12,661 bases of DNA from Octopus sinensis (lineage: Eukaryota), in assembly GCF_006345805.1 (NCBI RefSeq), contig NW_021826520.1, forward strand, positions 1 to 12,661, written 5' to 3'. A program made the translations under genes and the position numbers. A model generated the notes under the pieces. That model searched no databases. It had not been told where the DNA came from and saw only the letters and a program-made list of their open reading frames with translations. Numbering within the stretch: the stretch's first letter is position 1; the number at the start of each line of letters is the position of its first letter. This document shows, in pieces, positions 7,753-12,661 of this stretch.

Positions 7753-7754
7753 GC

Positions 7755-7835
7755 CGTTATCGTAGTCGTTGTTGTTGCTGCTATTGCAATCGTCGTCGTC
7801 ATCGTCATCGTTACCATTGTCGTAGCTGTATCGTC
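7755..7835. repeat. Degenerate (GTC/GTT)n tract
   Basis: Direct reading. Confidence 0.8.
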
Positions 7836-8202
7836 TTAGATCCATGCTAATCGACCTGTACCTATGACGAAAGGCGTTCTAACCATGACCAGCTACCCTA
7901 GCCCCAACCCTTAACCGATCTCTGACATATAACACCACATTATTTATTGCCTTTATTTTGAAATTTTGCTTCTAACTTGTTTTATCTACGACGGTAATGG
8001 GTGCAAATTGAGAAATATATGGTTGCTATTTCTGACAGTTAAAGCGACCACGTATAAGTTACCTCATTCATTGGAATGACTCGTGGGTGTTCTGTGTTGT
8101 GGGCTTGACTTGAATGTTAAACCTCAATACCAAATAGCTCTCCAGAGATCCGTTTCGCGTTTGTTTGACTTTTAATTGCACTGATATACATAGTCACCCA
8201 CT

Positions 8203-8232
8203 CACACACACACACACACACGCACGCACACA

Positions 8233-8273
<41 letters not shown>

Positions 8274-8290
8274 CACACACAAACACACAC
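8203..8290. repeat. (CA)n microsatellite
   Basis: Direct reading. Confidence 0.95.
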
Positions 8291-8393
8291 AGTCCCCCCA
8301 CATACATACACGAACACTCATACGTACAGCGCATGCAAACTTGATCATACATGAACATATATACGCGCATATATATAATACATACACATATTC

Positions 8394-8408
8394 ATATATA
8401 TGCATATA

Positions 8409-8439
<31 letters not shown>

Positions 8440-8480
8440 ATATATATAATATATATATATATATATTGTATATTATATAT
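8394..8480. repeat. (TA)n microsatellite
   Basis: Direct reading. Confidence 0.95.
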
Positions 8481-8481
8481 A

Positions 8482-8834
8482 GGCGCAGGAGTGGGGTGCA
8501 TGGTAAGTAGCTTGCTTAACAACCACATGGTTCCGGGTTCAGTCCCACTGCGTGGCACCTTGGGCAAGTGACTTCACTACTATAGCCTCGGGCCGACCAA
8601 AGCCTTGTGAATGGATTTGGTAGAAGGAAACTGAAAGAAGCCCGTCGTATATATGTATATGTATGTGTGTGTATATCTTTGTGCGTCTGTGTTTGTCCTC
8701 CCCCCAACATCGCTTGACGACCGATGGTGGTGTGTTCACGTCCCCGTAACTTAGTACTAGGCTTACAAAGAATAAGTTCTGGTGTCGATATGCTCCAGCA
8801 TGGCAGTCAAATCACTGAAACAAGCAAAAGAGTA
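8482..8834 (+). mobile_element. Bipartite SINE family 3, copy D (best preserved, deletions in the tail)
   Basis: Head ggcgcaggagtgg...ggtaagtagcttgc; B-box-like gggttcagtccc; CORE-like ggcaccttgggcaagtgacttc; TA/TG linker; tail ending gaaacaagcaaaagagta. Confidence 0.88.
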
Positions 8835-8904
8835 TATATATATACACCCCCACATATATATATGTATATATATATATATATATATAATACATACATGTAC
8901 AGGC

Positions 8905-8954
<50 letters not shown>
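8905..8954. repeat. (AGT)n microsatellite
   Basis: Perfect trinucleotide run. Confidence 0.95.
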
Positions 8955-9112
8955 ACGAAGGAGCTGAAAAGAGAGAGGATTGGTGCCGCAGGTGTGGAAT
9001 GGGAGAGGCGGAGAGAGGGATTAGAATAACGACAATATTAACGAGAAGAAAAGAATGAAAACTTTGGAAAGGTAAAAAGAAATGAAAATGAGATAGACAC
9101 GAAGAAAGAAAA

Positions 9113-9141
9113 GGAGAGAGAGAGCGAGAGAGAGAGAGAGA
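9113..9141. repeat. (GA)n microsatellite
   Basis: Direct reading. Confidence 0.9.
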
Positions 9142-9208
9142 GTGATTACTATGTTTAAGAGGAAGAGTGACAATAACTAGTGGTAGGACGAGTGTAAGGA
9201 TATTGCTA

Positions 9209-9403
9209 AATAATAATAATAATAATAACAACAACAACAACAACAACAATAATAATAATAATAATAATAACAACAACAACAACAACAACAATAACAATAA
9301 TAATAATAATAATAATAATATAATAATAACAATAATAATAATAATAATGATAATGATAATAATAATGATAATAATAATGATAATAATAATGATAATAATA
9401 ATA

Positions 9404-9451
<48 letters not shown>
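9209..9451. repeat. Compound (TAA)n/(CAA)n/(TGA)n microsatellite
   Basis: Direct reading; drifts from TAA/CAA to TAA/TGA to pure TGA. Confidence 0.95.
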
Positions 9452-9452
<1 letters not shown>

Positions 9453-9994
9453 CCACAAAACTACAGACCTATAACCTGTCTCCCTACAATGTAGAAAGCC
9501 TTTACTGCAGTAATATCGCAAAGATTGAACAAGCACCTGGACGAAAACAACCTGCTTCCAGAAGAGCAGAAAGGATGCTGCAAGGGATCATATGGCTGTA
9601 AAGATCAACTAATGATCAATAAATCTATAACTGAAGACAGCCGCAGAAAGAAGAAAGGCCTCAGTATGGCCTGGATCGACTACCGAAAGGCGTTTGATAG
9701 CATTCCCCACACGTAGATCCTCGAAACACTAGCCATTAACAAGGTAGCACCAATAATTATAAAATACATAAGACACTCTATGAATAAATGGCAGACAGTG
9801 CTACAGCTCCAAAAACAAAAGAGGGATTGCTAAAAACCAAAGCCATCCGCGCTAGAAGAGGAATATTCCAGGGAGACACGCTCTCTCCACCCCTTTTCTG
9901 CTTGGCATTGACACCTCTATCTGATATGCTAAATAGAACTGGATGCGGATACAAATGTCACGACTAAACGATCAGCCACCTTTTATATATGGAC
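9453..9994 (+). pseudogene. R4/Dong-type non-LTR retrotransposon reverse transcriptase fragment
   Basis: NYRPITCLPTM*K, LLPEEQKGC, GCKDQLMI, AWIDYRKAFDSIPH, GIFQGDTLSP (from 9860), ISHLLYMD; stops at 9492, 9714 and 9965; frameshift near 9811-9816. RT identity is firm; the clade call is from motif recall. Confidence 0.85.
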
Positions 9995-10044
9995 CCCAGT
10001 GCGCAACTGGTACTTAATTTATCGAGCCCGAAAGGATAAAAGGC
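9992..10044 (-). mobile_element. SINE family 2 central-domain fragment
   Basis: gaccccagtgcgcaactggtacttaatttatcgagcccgaaaggataaaaggc aligns with 1969-2022. Confidence 0.85.
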
Positions 10045-10045
10045 G

Positions 10046-10249
10046 TGTATAAGTTGTACTCCTAATTTAGTGTTAAATCTTGCTTGAAAACTTTCTCCTT
10101 TCATAAACTTAGCTTTGTCCTGTGTATAAATCGCACCCCTAAATATATAATGTATAAATCGCACCTTCATCAATTCATCTTTACTCGTTGTATAAGTCGC
10201 ATCCCTATTTTTTGTCTTTTAGCGTGACTTTATAGACAAGTAACTACGG
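10046..10249. mobile_element. Tc2-like DNA transposon remnant with one end
   Basis: Repeated tgtataa(a/g)tcgca(c/t)c at 10123, 10151 and 10189, degenerate at 10046; terminus ...taactacgg (reverse complement ccgtagtta) at 10249; the other terminus is not found. Confidence 0.6.
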
Positions 10250-10653
10250 CATGTCATTGAATGAAAGAAAAACATATATATTTAGTTGAGCAAAGGTTCT
10301 GACAGACGCTATCATTAGTTTTATTGGATTCTACTATTTCATTTTAGAATTACATTGTTGACCCTTCTTGATAGATCTCCAAAACGACGACACAAAACAA
10401 CTATATTTAAGTACAAAAAACTGTTCTTAAATATAATAAAACCAGTACCGTGTGTAACAAAAAAAAATATCAATTAAACAAATGCAGTGAGTTATAGCTT
10501 TAAATAGCATTAAATGAAATTACATATTTTATTAGTAAATTACTACACATTATTAAATTACAAAATCCAATTAACCCGACCAATAGTTTCATTTTCATTT
10601 ATTTATTTATTTTCTTTAAATATTTGATACAGACAGTGGGTAGACGAACGTAC

Positions 10654-10874
10654 ATATGTACATACCAATGCACACACTCATATACATATACATGTGTGTA
10701 TATATGCGTTTATACACACACTCATATATGCATTTATATATATATATTTATTTAATGCGCGCACATATGTACATATACATCCATATACCTATATCTATCA
10801 TATATATTTATATATATACATGTATGTGTGTATGTATGTATGTATATATATTTATATATATACATGTATGTGTG

Positions 10875-10905
<31 letters not shown>

Positions 10906-10906
10906 C
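10654..10906. repeat. Degenerate TA/TG/TATG low-complexity tract
   Basis: Direct reading. Confidence 0.9.
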
Positions 10907-11123
10907 TGCATAGGATGTTGCGGTACACGTGTTTCAAGCTTTATACAACAACCTATTCTTACATCAATGTATAAACAGATGGTTTATATATATATATATG
11001 ATGATTTCTTTTGAAGAACAGTTCTAGTCCTGTAGAAGCTCCTTCTATAAAATAAATTAATTTACTCTGCTATGTATTGAGTACCTTATTTACTATGGTT
11101 AACCCCGACTCACCCGGGACCTA

Positions 11124-11212
11124 CATATATATATATATATATATATAGATATAAATAATATAATATATTATATATATATATAATATATATATATATATAT
11201 AGATAGATAGAG

Positions 11213-11247
<35 letters not shown>
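11124..11247. repeat. (TA)n followed by (GATA)n
   Basis: Direct reading. Confidence 0.95.
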
Positions 11248-11248
<1 letters not shown>

Positions 11249-11305
11249 TCACACACACAGATGCGCGCGCACTCATACATTTAGGTATGTTTGAATTATA
11301 TATGA

Positions 11306-11358
11306 GGAAGAAAGAAAGAAGAAAGAAAGAAAGAAAGAAAGAAAAAAAAAAAAGAAAG

Positions 11359-11417
<59 letters not shown>

Positions 11418-11419
11418 AA
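11306..11419. repeat. (GAAA)n microsatellite
   Basis: Direct reading. Confidence 0.95.
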
Positions 11420-11590
11420 TACGTGTTGGGACAATTCCTCTGTAGCGGTGCGCCGCGTGTGTGCCTTTTAAAAATGATTTGTAAATCTTATTTAATTAAT
11501 CTCATCACATATTTGTTTATTATTAATTTTATTGTACTCTTTTTATCACTTCTTTTTTTTTATCTTTAAATTTAGGATAGGCTCGAATCG

Positions 11591-11652
11591 AGGCAGTGGC
11601 TTTCCAGCTAAGAAGCTAACGGGGTTTCGGGTTCAGTCGCACTGCGCGGTAC
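11591..11652 (+). mobile_element. SINE family 3 head fragment
   Basis: gtggct...taagaagct...ttcgggttcagtcgcactgcgcgg aligns with the heads of copies A, C and D. Confidence 0.7.
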
Positions 11653-11656
11653 TAGT

Positions 11657-11995
11657 ATGACTGCAGCCATACTAGGGCACACTGTTGAAGGGTTTAGTCG
11701 AGCAAATTGTCCCTAATGCTTATTTTAAAATCTGATATGTATTCTGTGGTCTCCTTTTACTGAACCGCTAAGTTACTGAGACGTAAACACACCAGTAACA
11801 GTTGCCAAACGATGTGGAATTTATTCAACAAGATTTCCTTTTCGTCGAACCGCTAGGTTATGGGGATGTAAACGAACTAACATCGTCAAGCGATGGAGGG
11901 AGACATGCACAAACAAACAAACAAACAAACACACATACACACCCACACAGATGTATACATACATACAAATGGGGGTGGGGGCAAACACAAACGCA
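11657..11995 (-). mobile_element. SINE family 3 tail module with an internal tandem duplication
   Basis: atgactgcagccatactagggcac...ttgaagggttt aligns with 7417-7457; the gaaccgcta(a/g)gtta...gtaaac block occurs at 11751-11815 and 11836-11900. Confidence 0.75.
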
Positions 11996-12020
11996 TTGAC
12001 CTATATACGCACACACACAT

Positions 12021-12334
12021 ATCATCATCATTCATCATTGTTCGACCGTGCTACGCCAGACTTCACGGTCCATCATGGCATTACGGAGGTCCTGTTGCTG
12101 GATGCCTGTATCCCTGGAGATTACATCAGGGTAGGAGAGTGTGCGCCCTCTGGTATTGCGAGTAGATGGCTTCCAGAGGAGAAGAGTAGAAATTACTTCT
12201 TTTTCAGCTCTATAACAATGTCCAGCAAACTGGACTCTCCTACCTTTCACAAGAGATGACACAGGTGGTAGTTTCCCATATATTTGCATTTTGGTTGGAT
12301 GGCGCTTCCACGAGAGATTTCGAGCTCTCATAAG
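12021..12334 (-). mobile_element. RTE-type LINE 3' end with an open C-terminal frame and (TGA)n tail
   Basis: LMRARNLSWKRHPTKMQIYGKLPPVSSLVKGRRVQFAGHCYRAEKEVISTLLLWKP...RGRTLSYPD...AMMDREVWRSTVEQ*, stop at 12035 running straight into tgatgaatgatgatgat. Confidence 0.82.
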
Positions 12335-12552
12335 GAGGGGGTGCTGAAAAGTTTCTGGCTTTAAGGGTATCACGAAGGGCACGGTTGGAAGCTCTGCCTT
12401 CCGAGTTCTTTTATAGGGCTTAGAAAATCTGAAGGATTGCTGCAAAAAGCGTGTGAATCTGAGAAGGGAATATGTTCAATAAAATCATAATTAACTGATC
12501 CTCCTGTATTTTCTTTTACCTAAAGCCAGGAACTTTCCAACACCCCTTCGTA
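12333..12552 (+). mobile_element. Internally deleted mariner element (MITE-like)
   Basis: gagggggtgctgaaaagtttctggcttta (12335-12363) and taaagccaggaactttccaacaccccttcgta (12521-12552) are inverted; 12400-12482 retains SEFF..GLENLKDCCKKRVNLRREYVQ*, the mariner transposase C-terminus, with a frameshift. Confidence 0.82.
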
Positions 12553-12661
12553 TACATGCATACATGTACACACATACACACACACACACATACACACCAC
12601 ACATACATACACATAATACACACACACACATACACACACACACTCTTTCCACGCACACACA
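12553..12661. repeat. Degenerate (CA)n tract
   Basis: Direct reading. Confidence 0.9.

Noticed and set aside
7837-8200. Repeat-like fragments (ctatgacgaaaggcgttctaaccatgacc; ggttgctatttctgacag...gcgaccacgta; gatccgtttcgcgttt)
   Set aside because: Probably old repeat debris, but too decayed to bound or classify without a library search.
8812-9601. Long ORFs (214 aa poly-I/L, 144 aa poly-N/I/M, 119 aa poly-S/L/Y)
   Set aside because: They are translations of TAA/CAA/TGA/AGT microsatellites in stop-free frames.
9631-9655. ctgaaga...gaaa string
   Set aside because: It lies inside RT codons and has no stem I or stem III pairing, so it is a chance match.
10654-11014. Y/I/M/C/V-rich ORFs (also at 1612-1956 and 8117-8567)
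   Set aside because: They are dinucleotide-repeat translations.
11098-11124. ttaaccccgactcacccgggacctac, a possible Helitron-like terminal hairpin
   Set aside because: The stem is short and imperfect, with no CTRR end and no matching 5' end seen.
12335-12445. N-terminal part of the 136-aa minus-strand ORF
   Set aside because: It is antisense read-through of the mariner element; only 12035-12334 is RTE protein.
1-12661. CRISPR array, operon or defence-type system
   Set aside because: No regularly spaced repeats with unique spacers, no intact genes and no prokaryotic gene density.

Overview
Eukaryotic, AT-rich, repeat-saturated DNA with no recognisable host gene, rRNA, true tRNA gene or CRISPR array. 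The SINE types (tRNA-headed, CORE-like) and extreme microsatellite density point to a cephalopod, probably Octopus, intron or intergenic region; this is inference from family recognition, not a search. Contents: about 12 copies or fragments of at least 4 tRNA-derived SINE families; a 5'-truncated Penelope-like element (RT C-terminus plus GIY-YIG endonuclease) between ~230-bp inverted terminal repeats; an R4/Dong-type RT fragment; two RTE-type LINE 3' ends; Tc2-like, hAT/Charlie-like and mariner non-autonomous DNA elements; and many microsatellites. Most ORFs in the supplied track are microsatellite or repeat artefacts. The most notable signal is four hammerhead-ribozyme-like motifs in the first 4.9 kb: one with an intact catalytic core (371-426), two variants in the Penelope inverted repeats, and one degenerate copy inside a fold-back hairpin. 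All alignments and folds were done by eye; nothing here establishes a new biological system.
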